64,000 nt of DNA from Azolla caroliniana (Eukaryota > Plantae > Polypodiophyta), in NCBI GenBank assembly GCA_043228905.1, contig JBHGNT010000001.1:3534001-3598000 (forward strand), written 5' to 3'. The notes under the pieces were generated by a model. The model saw only the letters and a list, made by a program, of their open reading frames with translations. It did no database searches and was not told where the DNA came from. A program made the position numbers and the translations under genes. Every line of letters starts with the position of its first letter. Position 1 is the stretch's first letter. Positions 25,587 to 38,479 of the stretch are shown here, piece after piece.

Positions 25587-27807
25587 ATGGCCGCGCCCGA
25601 AGCCCCTCTCTATTACCAGGGCGTGTCTCGAACCTCTCCCGCGTTTCGCCTTCTCAAGCAAATGGCAAGTCTTTCTTTCTTCCTCTGCTTCTTCGTCTCA
25701 TATTCGAATTTCAGATAAATTTTATTCATTTATCCTGCGTGAATAATCGTTATTTTGTACTGGTACGATGCTAATACAATGGTGAGTCTCTCTTCTTCTC
25801 TCCATTTCCTTACTTCAGAAGCATTTCTTGATTTTTGCTACGACCAAAGAAGTATTATAAACTACGAGAATTCAGATCCATTTTGATGATGCTTTTCATC
25901 CGTAGCTCTTTAAGAAAAAACTTCATGATACGACCTCTAAATTAGAAGCAAACTGCAAAATGACAGTTTTTGATGTTCAAAGTCTTTAGTTTGTGATCTC
26001 TGAATTATAATAAAAATGAAAATGGAGTTTTGTAGCAATCATACAAAGAATTGACTATGTGATCTTTATATTTGGAGCAATATGCAAAATTACGGTTCTA
26101 GTCATACAAATCTTGTTCGATGAACACGTCACTTTTTAGCAGCTTTTAAATCTTAATGTGTGTCCATGTCTGGGAAAGGAGCCTAATTTACCACAATGCA
26201 GCCTGAATTATATATTTGCTGTATTTGGTCTGAAGTCCAGCACAATTTTCTTAAATGCACTATATATATTTGGTCTGAAGCTCACATTTTTTCATGCATC
26301 AAAAGGAGTAGCTGATTAGAAGGTAACGTTGTTTCATGCATGAAAACGAGTAGATGATTGATGAAGAAAAGTTTCATTAACGCACCTGGTGGAATATAAG
26401 GAAAAATGTAGCCAAATTTCTCAGAAATGTTCATTGTCCTTGAAAGAAACAGCCTGAGAGAACTATGGACACTTGTAATTACTCATCTCATCCATTCTAT
26501 GCATTAAGCAATAAATCCATACTCCTTGTTTGTACTTCCTTGGTAGTATTGATTGCACGGATATTTTTCTTAGCTATGTATGCACATTTATTATCTGGTT
26601 AACTGTTGAATTATTATTATTTATCTGTAAGCTTAGACCGTTCTCGCTTATTTAGGGATATAGTTATGAATTGAAGCCTTAACAATTGAGTCAAGCAGTT
26701 TTATTCACACGTTGTGTTCATATCAGGACTGTAGGTGTGTCATAATCGCCAAATTTCGTTCTCTGCAATTATAGAATTATCCAATCTTCTTAAGGTAAAT
26801 GTATTCTTATAGTAAATTCACAACATGCAGGGTTGGCAAGAAGGAGAAGGATTAGGAAAGGAAAAACAAGGTATCACCCAACATGTCAGAGTCAGCAAGA
26901 AATCTGACAATTCAGGTATTATTTGAACTTTTCACATACCCAATGTGGTTATCAAATTATGATATTTATGGAGCAAATGCTAGTTAACTTTACAAATTGC
27001 TGTAATACTATGGTTGGATAGTGGGGTTCAATTTGAACATACAACACATAGATGTGTAGCTAGCAGTTAATTGCATATAAATGCTGAGGTTTCTTTCGCA
27101 TGTATACACATCTATTAATCTCAAAAAAGGTTAAATGTGTGTGTTGTGTGGTAAATCATAGCTTGCAAACTGCTTAGGATCCTACATCATGCCCTCCTAG
27201 TTCAAAGGGTTAGAGATTGTTCTAATCGATGAGCATGTTGCTCTATTATTTATGATTCCCCAAGCTCCTTATGTTTGAAGCATGTACAAACTACAGAAAG
27301 CGTATCACCATATCTTTTACTAGCTATTTCCTTATTCAGTACTTTTTTTGTGTTTGCATATTGTGCTCTTTCTTTAGGTTTTAATGTTTAATATAACTTT
27401 GAATTGTGCACTTTCTAAACAATTGTCAAAATGGCAGGTGTAGGAATAGATGCACAGCAAAAAGCTGCAACTAACTGGACATTTAATACTTCTACCTTTG
27501 ACAATATACTTAAAAATTTGAAAGTGGTGAGTACATAGTTAACTGTAGCTTTTTTATATAAGGAGTTACATCAATGTCTAATGAGATGCTTTACTTCTAC
27601 ATGTCAGATAGCTGCAGGAGATGCAAATGAAGAAGGTATGCATACTTAATAATCAAGCATTCTCCATGAGGGTTGTTTCTTGTTTCCTTACATGAAATAG
27701 TATTATGCTTGTTGAATGTTAGATAATAAGCAAGCTGCATCAGCTGAAAGTAATGGAATGCAAGAAAAGACAGCACATCCTAAAAAGATCACCCGACCAC
27801 AAGGAAG
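25587..27807 (+). CDS. Partial duplicate of the GDP1-like G-patch gene (exons 1-5 only, cut by the gap)
   Basis: Same sequence as 42245-44465; the remaining exons are absent after the N gap. Confidence 0.7.
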
Positions 27808-27955
27808 GTCAACTCATTAAGTTTGTATAATTTGTGACACTTTCATACCATACATCAGATTTATAGGTCTTCATTTAGAAGAGCGTGTACAAGAAAGCTG
27901 GGTTAACTTATGCTAATTGGGCTTGCACAGAGGCATGCATACATATACATATGCT

Positions 27956-28055
27956 NNNNNNNNNNNNNNNNNNNNNNNNNNNNNNNNNNNNNNNNNNNNN
28001 NNNNNNNNNNNNNNNNNNNNNNNNNNNNNNNNNNNNNNNNNNNNNNNNNNNNNNN
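27956..28055. other. Assembly gap (100 N)
   Basis: Run of exactly 100 N, typical of a scaffolding join of unknown size. Confidence 0.99.
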
Positions 28056-29112
28056 ACGGCCGCCTCCATTGCGCGCCGACTCGCATCGTCCTCCACGTCC
28101 ATGGGGCCTATCTCCCTTCGTGTACAACATTCTGCTGTCGGTGTGCGTGCTTGTAGACGCACCCACGTGGTTCTCCTCTATCAGAAGCATTGATTGTAAG
28201 TCGAAAAAGGAAGGCGTATTCTCCCGGGTACACACAGCCGTTCTGAACACTCCGAACTTCGACGCCAAACCTCCGAGACAGATCTGGACCATCACGCTCT
28301 CCTCGATGTTCCCCTCTATGGAGGCGAGGGAGTCGCAGATATCCTTGATCTTGGAGGTATAGTCCGCCACCGACAAGTCGCGTTGTCGTAGGTTGCTCAT
28401 CTCTTGTCGAAGCTGAAGCTTCCTGGTTGTGGTGCTCGCGGCGAAAATCTTCTTCAGATTTTCCCATGCACCCTTCGGCATCTTTGCATCCCGAACATAG
28501 CTCAATAGCTGTTCGTCCACACACGACGCGAAGCAGTATAATACCCTGCTCGATGATTGCTCCCACGACGGGAAGTCTTTGTTTGTTCATTCGGGTGCCG
28601 CGTCATTAGCTCCTTCGACATAACTCCAGTAGCCGTGCCCGAGCAGGTACTGGTGCATCTTGTAGGACCAAGACGCGTAGTTGGTTCTGTCGAGCTTCTC
28701 TGTTGGAAGCGAGCTCGCCATGCCTCTATCGATGGTTCTTCTCGTTCTTCTTCGTCAAGCTGTGTCGGCTACAGAGAGGTTCTCAACCCTCGCGCTCTGA
28801 TACCATGCAGAAAGTAACGTGTGGAAGCAAGTATGAAGACCGAACAGAAGGAAGAAAACTCAGGTTTAATGGAGAGCTTGAGCTCACGCAGAATACGCGG
28901 GAGAGACAGACAGAGTGAGAGAGGAAAACACAAGAGGTATATTCAAAAAAATACACAATCTCTATTCACCACACTCTATACATATGTGTGTCAATGAACA
29001 CTTTTATACAAGTCCTAGAAGGACTGACCGAAGTACTAACAGTACTTCAATGCTCATTAAGAGCTCCTACACTAACTGGCAAATATATTCCTCACGGAAT
29101 ATCTTTCCTAAC
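28056..29112 (-). mobile_element. Ty1/Copia retrotransposon 5' part: LTR (~28806-29112), tRNA-iMet PBS (28794-28805), gag (28721 to the gap)
   Basis: Minus-strand TGGTATCAGAGC directly after a ...CA LTR end. Gag reads MASSLPTEKLDRTNYASWSYKMHQYLLGHGYW...AWENLKKIFAASTTTRKLQLRQE (Copia gag/UBN2-type) with one in-frame stop. Confidence 0.9.
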
Positions 29113-29237
29113 GGCCTCCCGGTTTACGCACCGATCCGGCCCTACCTACGCACCGGTCTGCGTACCGGTTTACGTATTCGGCCTAACCGATCGGTCCCAA
29201 CCGATCCGGTCCTTGGCTTCTTCAGCCGATCCGGCCG

Positions 29238-30941
29238 ATGTTGAGCTTGTCTCTCAACACATTCACATTGCGCTATTGCCGTGGTCCCCAAAACATCGTC
29301 GCCGATGGATTATCCCGCATATCCTTTCAGGCGAACCAGGTCGCCTTTGACACAATCAATTTCCCCATATCCTCATCCCAAATCGCCAACATGCAACAAC
29401 ACGAAAAAAAATTCCAAGACATCTGCCACCGCGTACGAGCCGAGCCCATATCATCCCTCACCAAGCAATTCATGATCCAGGATAATGTCCTGCTTTTTTG
29501 CCAAGTAGGCAAGGAACCCCGGGTCTACGTGCCTGAGCAACTGCGCCTGTCTTACCTTCGTTTCTTCCACGATCACCCGTTGTCCGGCCACTTGGGTTTT
29601 CATAAGGTGCTAGACAAAATCCGTTGCAAATTCTATTGGTCGGGGCTACGCAACGAGGTCGCCTCCTACATCAAAGCATGCAACTTATGTCAGGCCATCA
29701 AATCACCTCAAGTGGCTCAAGGCCTCTTACATCTGATACAAGTTCAAGCTCCATTTGAAATTGTCGGATGGGACATTATGGGCCCCTTTCCCGAGTCACA
29801 AGAAGGCAACAAATGCATCCTCGTCATAACCGAGTACTTGACGCGTTGGGCTGAGACAGCCGCTATCCCAGATGCCAAGGCTATGACCATCGCCTCCAAA
29901 TTATTGGAGAAAATCATCTTCCCCCATGGGTGCCCATTCCAAATCTTGTCCGATCGAGGACCCCAGTTCAACAGCGAGCTCCTACGCCTAGTTTCTACAC
30001 AATTAGGAATCCAACAATTATTCACGTCACCCTACCATCCACAGACAAATGGATTGACGGAGCGCCTCAATCGAACCTTAAAATAACAAATCTCGGCCTA
30101 CATCGATCCGCTGCACTCGACCTGGAACCGGATCTTGCCCTTCGTTACGCATGCCTACAACACAACTGTGCAAGCGTCCACCCGCATTAGCCCATTTCGG
30201 GCCCTTCACGGAAGGGACCCGCGCTTACCCCCAGAAGTGGCAGTCCCGCAACCAATCACACGACTCCACTCTAACACAGTGTCCTGGTGGTCCCACCTGC
30301 AACAACTCCAGCCCCTCCTCCGCAAAGCCATCACGAGCAACCTGCACCAAGCACAGCTACGCCAAAAACGACAACACAATGCAGGCCACGCCAACCATCA
30401 ATACCATGTTGGGGACAAAGTCCTAGTCTATTTCCCATCCGTTGTCGCGGCCTCAACGAGTCGCTCATGCACCGATGGATTGGTCCCTTCAAAGTTCAAA
30501 AGCAAATACGCAACACTACATATCTGCTCCGCCGTGCCTCCAACAACCACTCTACCTTTGCCCACCAGTCTCGCATGAAGCCCTTCCATCAGCTACCATT
30601 GCCCCCGCCCACGTCCACACCCACGCCCACGCCCATGTCATCCCCCCACCTAGAACCGTCGTCCACACCCCGTCCACAATAACCTTTTTTTTTACAAGGG
30701 GGAATTGTGGCGGTCACATGGACCACACCCAAATTAGGCCACCTAAATTAGGCGCCTACCAAGCCCCATAATTAGAAGAGCTAATTGGAGTGGGAGAACA
30801 CCCTCCACGCTAAGAGTAGTCTATAAAATGTAACTTAGAACGTAATGGAAAGTGAGCTATTCTTGAGAGCATTTTGAGAGCATTTCACAGTACATAATGT
30901 AATGGTAAATTATATGTTTGTTACAAACAGAGACCGTTACA
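29238..30941 (+). mobile_element. Ty3/Gypsy 3' part: RNase H tail, integrase, PPT and 236-bp 3' LTR (30706-30941)
   Basis: NIVADGLSR; HHCC (HDHPLSGH...CNLC); D-D-E core (WDIMGP, SDRGPQF, ERLNRTLK); stop at 30084-30086; frameshifted WIGPF; PPT aagggggaa; LTR ends TGTGGCGGTC...GACCGTTACA form an imperfect inverted repeat. Confidence 0.92.
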
Positions 30942-31688
30942 TTCTTGTCACATGCACATAATTGTGCATGTGCTCACGCATACTCATCCTCACACTCATA
31001 TACATTACACATACCGAACAACCCATTTAACGTGTTTTACCCTTATACCACCCCGTACAACTCCTACGAGTAATAGTGCAGAAGTCGTTGGTGTCAAGGA
31101 TAAACATCCTCTCGTCCCGGCTTGGCCCTCTGCATTCATACATGCATACAAACACAACCATGGAAATGCATATACAAATACACACGCATGCACATGCATA
31201 CATATACACATACAAACATCGTTTTAAACTGATATGGTACTAAACTAAGAACCTTCATGTTCACAATGTCACCTTCCCTCATGTTTTCAACATCATTGTT
31301 TCCTACATCCTCCTCCTTCTCCCCTTCCTTCTCCCCCTCTTCACCACAAACACTTGGATTATCATTGATCAAGTGACAATATTTCCACAAGACCCTCAAA
31401 CAAAAAACAAAAGTTCACACATTAGAACCTATCCTTCTCTCTCGCCTTCTTGTAACTCGTCCTGCACATCCTTGCTCGCTAGAGGACTACTTCGAAGAGG
31501 AGGTCGATTACGCTCATGGTGCTCTGTCTCTGTCTCTCTCTAGAATCGTCTCTTTAGGGATATCAAATTTTTTCCCATCTGAACCATAACAAAAGTGTTA
31601 GAGTGAAACAAAAGGCCTCGAGTAACAAAAGCGAAAAGGAAGTCAATACTCAATTTACAAACAAATTTTTTTAAAGTTTTCATTTCGT

Positions 31689-32180
31689 TTACTTCCTCCA
31701 ATTTTCCGAAACCGAGCCACCACTTGAATACCTATTATTACCCCCACCATAACCACCATTGTGATTACAACCACCATAGCCATCATTTCCACCACCATTG
31801 GCATCATTATAGCCACTGACATGGACACTACCACCATATCCATTGTTTCCTCCATCTGATCTCTCCTTGCTACCATAACTTCCACGATCTCCATATCGTG
31901 AACCACCACCTCTATTGGTGGCATGATAGCCTCCATCACCCCTCCTAATCTTGGTTCACAGTAATGTTGCTTCCATTCATCGACTCAATCGCATCCGTCA
32001 TCACTTTCTCATTAGAGAATGTCACAAAGACAAAGCCTCATGATCGGCTTCACCACCATTGACAAGCTTGGAGTTGATAACTTCGCCGAAGTAACGAAAG
32101 GCATCGGCAAGGTTGCGATCATCAATGGTCCACGCGAGACCTCCGACGAAGCAACAATACTCAAGATCTACAACAACCAT
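31689..32180 (-). pseudogene. Processed pseudogene of a GRP7/GRP8-like glycine-rich RNA-binding protein
   Basis: Minus strand reads MVVVDLEYCCFVGGLAWTIDDRNLADAFRYFGEVINSKLVN (RNP2), frameshift, RGFVFVTFSNEKVMTDAIESMNG..NITVN (RNP1), then a GGY-rich tail ending ENWRK*. No intron after SK. Confidence 0.88.
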
Positions 32181-32237
32181 GGAAGCTTCGAGATGGGGAG
32201 GGGGGTGGAGGAGGAAACAGGGCCTCTCTCAAATCGA

Positions 32238-33300
32238 CAATACCTCATGACATTATTAAAGCAGAGTTCAGTTTGCCCCTGATGTTAGTAGAAGCACGTT
32301 TCCAAGTGGTAGTTTTTATTCATCGGATACATAGCCAATCACAAGATAGGATCTCCCGTTGAGCCTTTGAGGCATCCCGATCCCTATATGCGTTTGGAGA
32401 CACTAGCAATTGGTATAGCATTGTAGTGAGTTGGTTACTTGCAAATGGCATAGACATTAATAACCTACCTCCCCTTAAGTACAATCATGGGTTTGATCAA
32501 ACCTTAATATCTTATGAAGACCGGATTAAAGTAATATGCTAGGAAATATGGCAAATTTACACCCGATATACATGGATCACCCCACACGAGACACTCCCAT
32601 CTAAAATGTTATACTATAAGGAACACTTCTTTCACTTCTCTAAGTTAGGTTTTATTACATGACCAAGAGATCTAGGTATAGTCTTAGCAAATGCACTAAG
32701 GGTGGCCATTGGACAACTTAGGATATCATCTCACCAACTTGAGAGTGGTCGGGCTAATAGAGTCCCGAGAGAGGACAGGCTATGTAGATTATGTCACATA
32801 GAGATAGAGGATGCATATCACTTTACATGCAAGTGTCCAACCTATGTCGAGATAAGGGCAGAATACCAAGACATATAGGACTCTCTCCCACCCTCTCCAA
32901 ACTATTAGATACCCCGGATATAAAGAGACTAGGTAGGTATATCTTAGAGCTAAAACAACATAGGGAGAATAAGCTACAAAGTGTTAACCATAGCCCTTTT
33001 AATATTCATCAACATGTAGGAACAAGGGGAGACGATGAGTGTGGATACCCTTACATCACTCGGCCTCTCTCTTGACGAAGCAAAAATGCAAAGAACCACC
33101 AAACGCCCTTGGAAGTTGGGCTTCAAAACAACTCGACGTGGAGTAGAAATGATTAAGAAGATAAGGGAACGTGAGCTACACCGACTAGAAGCTATGGTTG
33201 GGGTACCTTCTACATTGGGACCACGGGGGGCCACATCCACATCGAAACCCTTTGACCTCCCGCTTCTTTTCAAGAGACGTGGATGGAAATGAAACTAGGC
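32238..33300 (+). mobile_element. 5'-truncated LINE ORF2 3' fragment
   Basis: IPHDIIKAEFSLPLM...LRISSHQLESGR...RLCRLCHIEIEDAYHFTCKCPTY, a C-terminal CCHC domain of a non-LTR element, with stops. The 3' end is approximate. Confidence 0.8.
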
Positions 33301-33399
33301 CTAGTATAAAGCCATTTCATTGTAGAACATGTTTGTTATTTTACTAGAACTATTTAGCTTAAGCTCTATTTTTATTTTATTTTATTTTTACTTTCGATG

Positions 33400-35554
33400 A
33401 ATGGGTAAATATCCCATTTTGTTGTAAACGAATTGGCTCATGGGCCAATTACCAAAAGCATTTGCATGACTATAAAAGGTTTATTCAAAGAAAGAGACGA
33501 ATATGGGAAGTTACTCAACAACTTCTCCAAACTCAAAAGAAAGCACATGCATGTGCTAAATTTTGGGGAAATCTAAAGGGGAAACGTGTTGAGAGTTATG
33601 GTGACTTAACTCTTCATGACTTGTCTATGCATTGTAAGAATTTATATGAGTTATCTCTTGCCGGAAAGATGATGTGTTATGGTTCTCTTTCACATATGTC
33701 TCCCTTCTTTGTAGAACGGGGAAATCGTACACATCGATACATGTTAGAGCCCATACCATTATCTACCATTCGAACCATTGCTTCCATGCGACTTAGCTCA
33801 CATGCATTGCGATGTGAAATAGGGCGTTGGGGCACAAGTGATGAGAGTGGTCAGCTATGCACACTTTGCCCTAAACAAGTTCGCGAGTCTGAGTATCACA
33901 CTTTGATACAATGCTCTACCTTTGATCATATTCGACCATGCTTTCCACATCTCTTTGACCGAGCCCAATCTTTGCATGAATTCCTCTCACAACCACAATG
34001 TGCACTCTCGATTGCAACATTCATTGGTAAAGTTCTTGAACATCGAGAGTCTCTACTCACTTTCACATGTATCACGTGAAATGTAATATTTTTTGTCTCA
34101 TAGGTCATATTTGACCTCCGAAGACGATAATATAATCTATTTATCTATCTATCTATCTTTACAATTGAAGATATATGCATAGGACTTAAGAAATTGGCCT
34201 CTCAAAAGGCAAGCGATCTTCAATGTATAAAAGATGAAATGCTCAAATGGACGGGAAAGGAAGCACATATATGGATATGCGATATGTTTAATGATGCATT
34301 GCAACATGGTATGCCATATGATTGGACTACAAATTGGATCAAAGCTTTACATAAGGCGGAGATGTAAATAATGTAAACAACTATCGAACCATCATGGTTG
34401 GCTCATTAATTGCAAACCTATTTGGATGTATAATGGAATAAAAGATAAGTGTATGTGCAGAAAAAAATGGTAAGAGAGCTTATGGACAAGATGGTTTTCG
34501 AAAACACCATAGCACCATTTATCATCTTGTCACTCTTCGAGTATTAATAGAGGAAAGTCGCCTTAGAGGTAAAGGTTTATATTGTTGCTTTGTAGACTTC
34601 AAGAAAGCTTTTGATATGGTACCTCGTGAGCATCTTTGGAGGCGGATGGAAGAACTTGAGGTGCCAAGTGAATATATGCTTGCAATTTCCTGAATATATG
34701 AGAAGGTTATATGTTGTGTGCGTATGAGAGATAGACTTTCAGATTTTTTCAATAGCACTATTGGTGTTAAGAAAGGATGCCCACTCTCACCAACATTATT
34801 TGGTCTATGCATTGATGAATTAGAAGAAATGATTACCAAGTTTGTAAAGGAAGAATGTGTTGAAGAAGTTGTCATTGGGAATGTTGTGATTATGCTTTTG
34901 TTTTATGTGGATGATGTAGTGCTTTTTGCAAATACTTCAAGAGATGCACAAAAGCTTATGAAGGCATTGGAAAAATTTTGCATGCATACTAGATTAAGTG
35001 TCAATAGCTCTAAAACAAAGATTATGCTTGTGAAGAGTAGAAAAGAGATAAACCATGCATTATGTACAACAATGAGCCACTTGAATGTGTGGAAAGCTTC
35101 AAATATCTTGGCCTTGAAGTTCCTTCAAATCATAAAGGGAATGAATGTGCTACACGCCGCTTAGAGGCGGGTAAGCGAGCATATTATGCATTTGAGAACA
35201 CATGCAATCTTGGAGATATTAAGTGTTGGGTCCTCAAGAAATATATTTTTGACACTTTGGTGACCCCAGTTCTTCTTTATGGGGTGGAAGTATGGGGCGG
35301 TAGCATCCCTAAATCTACATGGAAAGAGTTTGAAAATGTCCAAAAACATTTTCTTACAAAGTTTCTACAAGTTAAGAAACAAACACCCTACACCCTCCTC
35401 CTTGAGATGGGATCGCTTCCCATTGAGATCATGGCCATGGAAAGGGTTGTTGAATACATGCTTAAGGTTCAAAAAAACCCCTCACATCGACTTCCTAGAA
35501 TTGCATGGGAAGCAAGCAAAAAGATCCAAAAGACTCATAAAAGCAAAATTTTGA
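33400..35554 (+). mobile_element. LINE ORF2 (reverse transcriptase) remnant, interrupted by a nested LINE and cut at the duplication junction
   Basis: NNYRTIMV, QDGFR, FVDFKKAFD, GVKKGCPLSP, YVDD, FKYLG and LLYGVEVWG motifs with stops and frameshifts. Confidence 0.92.
33711..34155 (+). mobile_element. Nested 5'-truncated LINE 3' end with (TATC)n tail
   Basis: MRLSSHALRCEIGR..LCTLC..ESEYHTLIQC CCHC domain; tatc-repeat tail; flanked by tcttt/tcttt; removing it restores host frame SPFF|TIED. Confidence 0.8.
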
Positions 35555-36757
35555 ATGTGACTCTGTTAAAAATATACATATATTTGCCGATCCCTATCAT
35601 GATCCCTAAGAGAACATAGATATCTAGCTTTCACAAAGATAAGTAGGTATGATGGTAGTGTGTAACCGGCTTGTTTGTGATCTTGCATCTAAAATTGAGT
35701 GAGTTCCGCATTTGCATTCCAATGAACTTGGCTCACACATTGGATGGAAATGGGGACAAATGTGCGATGAATCAATTTAAGTCCTAAATCTAAGAGAATC
35801 CAAGTTTGATCCAGCTCCGCATGCATAGGCTCGGCTTGTAAAAAATCAACAAACCAATGTCCTACTTCAGATCATCGATGCATGTTTTTTTTTCCATAAA
35901 AATATCCTCCATTGATATTAAAATTAAAGTGGCCAAAGCCAATATACAAATAGTCTATAATATTTTCCATCTCAACAAGTATAGATCATCCGAGAAAGGA
36001 CCAAAGGTAAGTGTTAGCATCAATCTCAATGTTCATCAATTGATACATGTTTTTGTTAACCCTCCACATAACATATAGTATCGTGATTCGACTTACAATA
36101 CATGAGGACTCTACTGAAGCAAGCTCTTTGTTTTGCTCTAATGAATTGTTCATTGGGATGTCACATTCATACATTGGCATGACTACTAATTCATGATGAT
36201 AATCTCCCTCATTGAAACTTTTATCCTTGCTCTGGATACACAACACACATATATAACATGCACAATAAGTATGTATGTGCTAAACATAGAAGCAATGTAA
36301 TGAAATGCTTTGGCCAAGAATTTGCTCATGCATCACACATAGGAAGAGAGTGAAACAAAGGCCAATGATTAATAGATTTATAACTTGTGTTTCAGCCAGC
36401 GGGGACATGGGACTCTATTCCATAAGCATACGTGGCATGCACACATTGGTTGCGGAAAAGCCAGGATACGTGCGTTTTCACTTATGACATGGATAGTTAC
36501 ACCTATTTTTTTATTTTTTTATTTTTTAAATATACACCTTAGTATATTACTTGAGAAATGTACATAGAGAAAACAGAAGGAGACATTTCATCTCACTTCT
36601 ATTGTGATACAAAGGCTAGTACCAACATCTGATCAAACAGATGGTATCATATAAGAAACAAATGGAGCGAAAACAATGAGCTATGCAGCAAAAAAGAAGG
36701 TATGGCATAATTCCACCTCGACCAGAAGTTGTATTTGAAAATAAGAGAAGCCCTTGC

Positions 36758-37258
36758 TATTGTTTGTTAAAGGCCACTTGACATTGCCATAGAACATCAG
36801 CTGAACCTTGCAGATCATCATATTGACCACGCCGTGTATAGACAAATAACAACCAGAATTCAATAAGCACGGTTCAGAGATGTATGTGAGCATTATTAAA
36901 AACAATATCACATCTCACTTTCCATATTATCCAAAGAGCCAATGACGTAATAGTACGCCAAATAACCAGTTTTTTAATTCTAAACCGTCGAATAAAATAT
37001 GGAAATGAGGTGAGATCGAGGTGTCCATGGGAAAAGTGAAAGACATGAGAAGCATACAACTAGTTGAGGGATATAATATAGATATATTTTTAACGTCCAT
37101 GGGATACCTATTATGATCTGTGAGATGGTGCCTACACCGTGGCAAGGATCAAACTTGGGTTCTCTCAATTTTATGGATAATGTTGTCCTCATCTTATGAC
37201 TATCCACGTCATGACATAATCCCATGGGTGACCTCTCAAATTTGTCTTGTCATATGAA
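36758..37258 (-). mobile_element. Degenerate L1-type fragment (duplicate of 20100-20600)
   Basis: Same LWIIWKVRCDIVF translation. Confidence 0.5.
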
Positions 37259-37953
37259 ACACCAACATGCTTATGTTCTCCCATGTTAGAACACCAAATC
37301 CATGCATTTGTTGACACGCACTTCATGCAACTCTAGTCCGCACATCCAATATTTAACCCATTCCATTCCAATTCAAACTTCTACCCAATGGAACATTGAT
37401 CCTCAAAAGCGGTTTCAAGAGCTTCTTACCCCCATGCAAATTATAATTAGTGATAATGGGGCTAACTAATAAAAGATTGAGCTAATCTTGAAACAAGGAA
37501 TCAATATTGAGGATCAACTCCTCCAAATAAATTGTATTTAACTTCTCAACCTCCCCTCAATTTATAATCATAATATTGAATTTCTTTTAACTCCCACTAA
37601 CTATGTACAATTAATTCCTTAATTGTCATGTTATATTGGTGCACAACACGTATGGCCGCGATAAAGCTTCCACGTGACTTAGGGATGATTATAGTGTGAG
37701 AAGTAATCAAGGGTGAACCCTCCTCTTTCTTTATGATCTACAATGTTTTGCAATGTTTTTCCTCATACTGAAACCCACATACTTGAATGCTCACTATAAG
37801 GACACTAAAACCAAACATACTTAGGCATCAACCTATATTTGGTCATGAGAAATAATTCCATGAGAAACAATTACATGAACATTTGAATATATACCCATCA
37901 ACCTATAGCTCGATCGAATCACAATTTTACATCAATTACATAATTATTCATAT

Positions 37954-38479
37954 ATGTCTAATTTGTCAAGTTCCAACATAAACTCAAACTTTGTTTAAAT
38001 TGCCATGTGCATTATCCTTGTATTTTTCTTGCTTGTTGGTCTCTTTATCATTTACACAATTTGGTGATGGGTTGAAGAAGTGGGTACTTGAGCTTAATAT
38101 CACACAACATGATATTACCACCCAATGATTATAGTTGTAATGTCATATTGGCACCTGGTGATCTTATTTGCAAAGTTGTGGCAACAATCTAGTCATGGAC
38201 TCCTTGCATGTCTTGTACATATTAATTCGTGGAATGACAATTTAGTTTAATCATTGGAACTAGAAATGACCCAGATGTAGTGTGCTTAAGTCTAGGATCC
38301 TCTATTCCATTACAAACTGGGGGTCTATCATTTGCTTGATCTCCACTAGAAGAAAGAAGGAAACATGTGATTCCTTTCCATGTGTGAACATAGATAGGCT
38401 CCACACTAATTGCAAAGTGATCACGTGGTTTCATCTGTGTTCCACATGCCCCATTTACATGACTTTTTTGTATTCTTAG
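37954..38479 (+). pseudogene. Decayed ATL pseudogene (duplicate of 21296-21821)
   Basis: Same sequence at +16,658. Confidence 0.75.

Larger units (their letters stand above)
18897..27955 (+). repeat. 9,059 bp duplicated segment, copy 1 (ends at the N gap)
   Basis: Matches 35555-44613 at a constant 16,658 bp offset; all paired ORF-track translations are identical. Confidence 0.97.

Noticed and set aside
27885-28362. ORFs spanning the N run
   Set aside because: Artefacts of translating across the gap; only the minus-strand Copia gag part is meaningful.
33462-34079. 205-aa ORF as a novel host gene
   Set aside because: Explained as an in-frame fusion of two LINE fragments.
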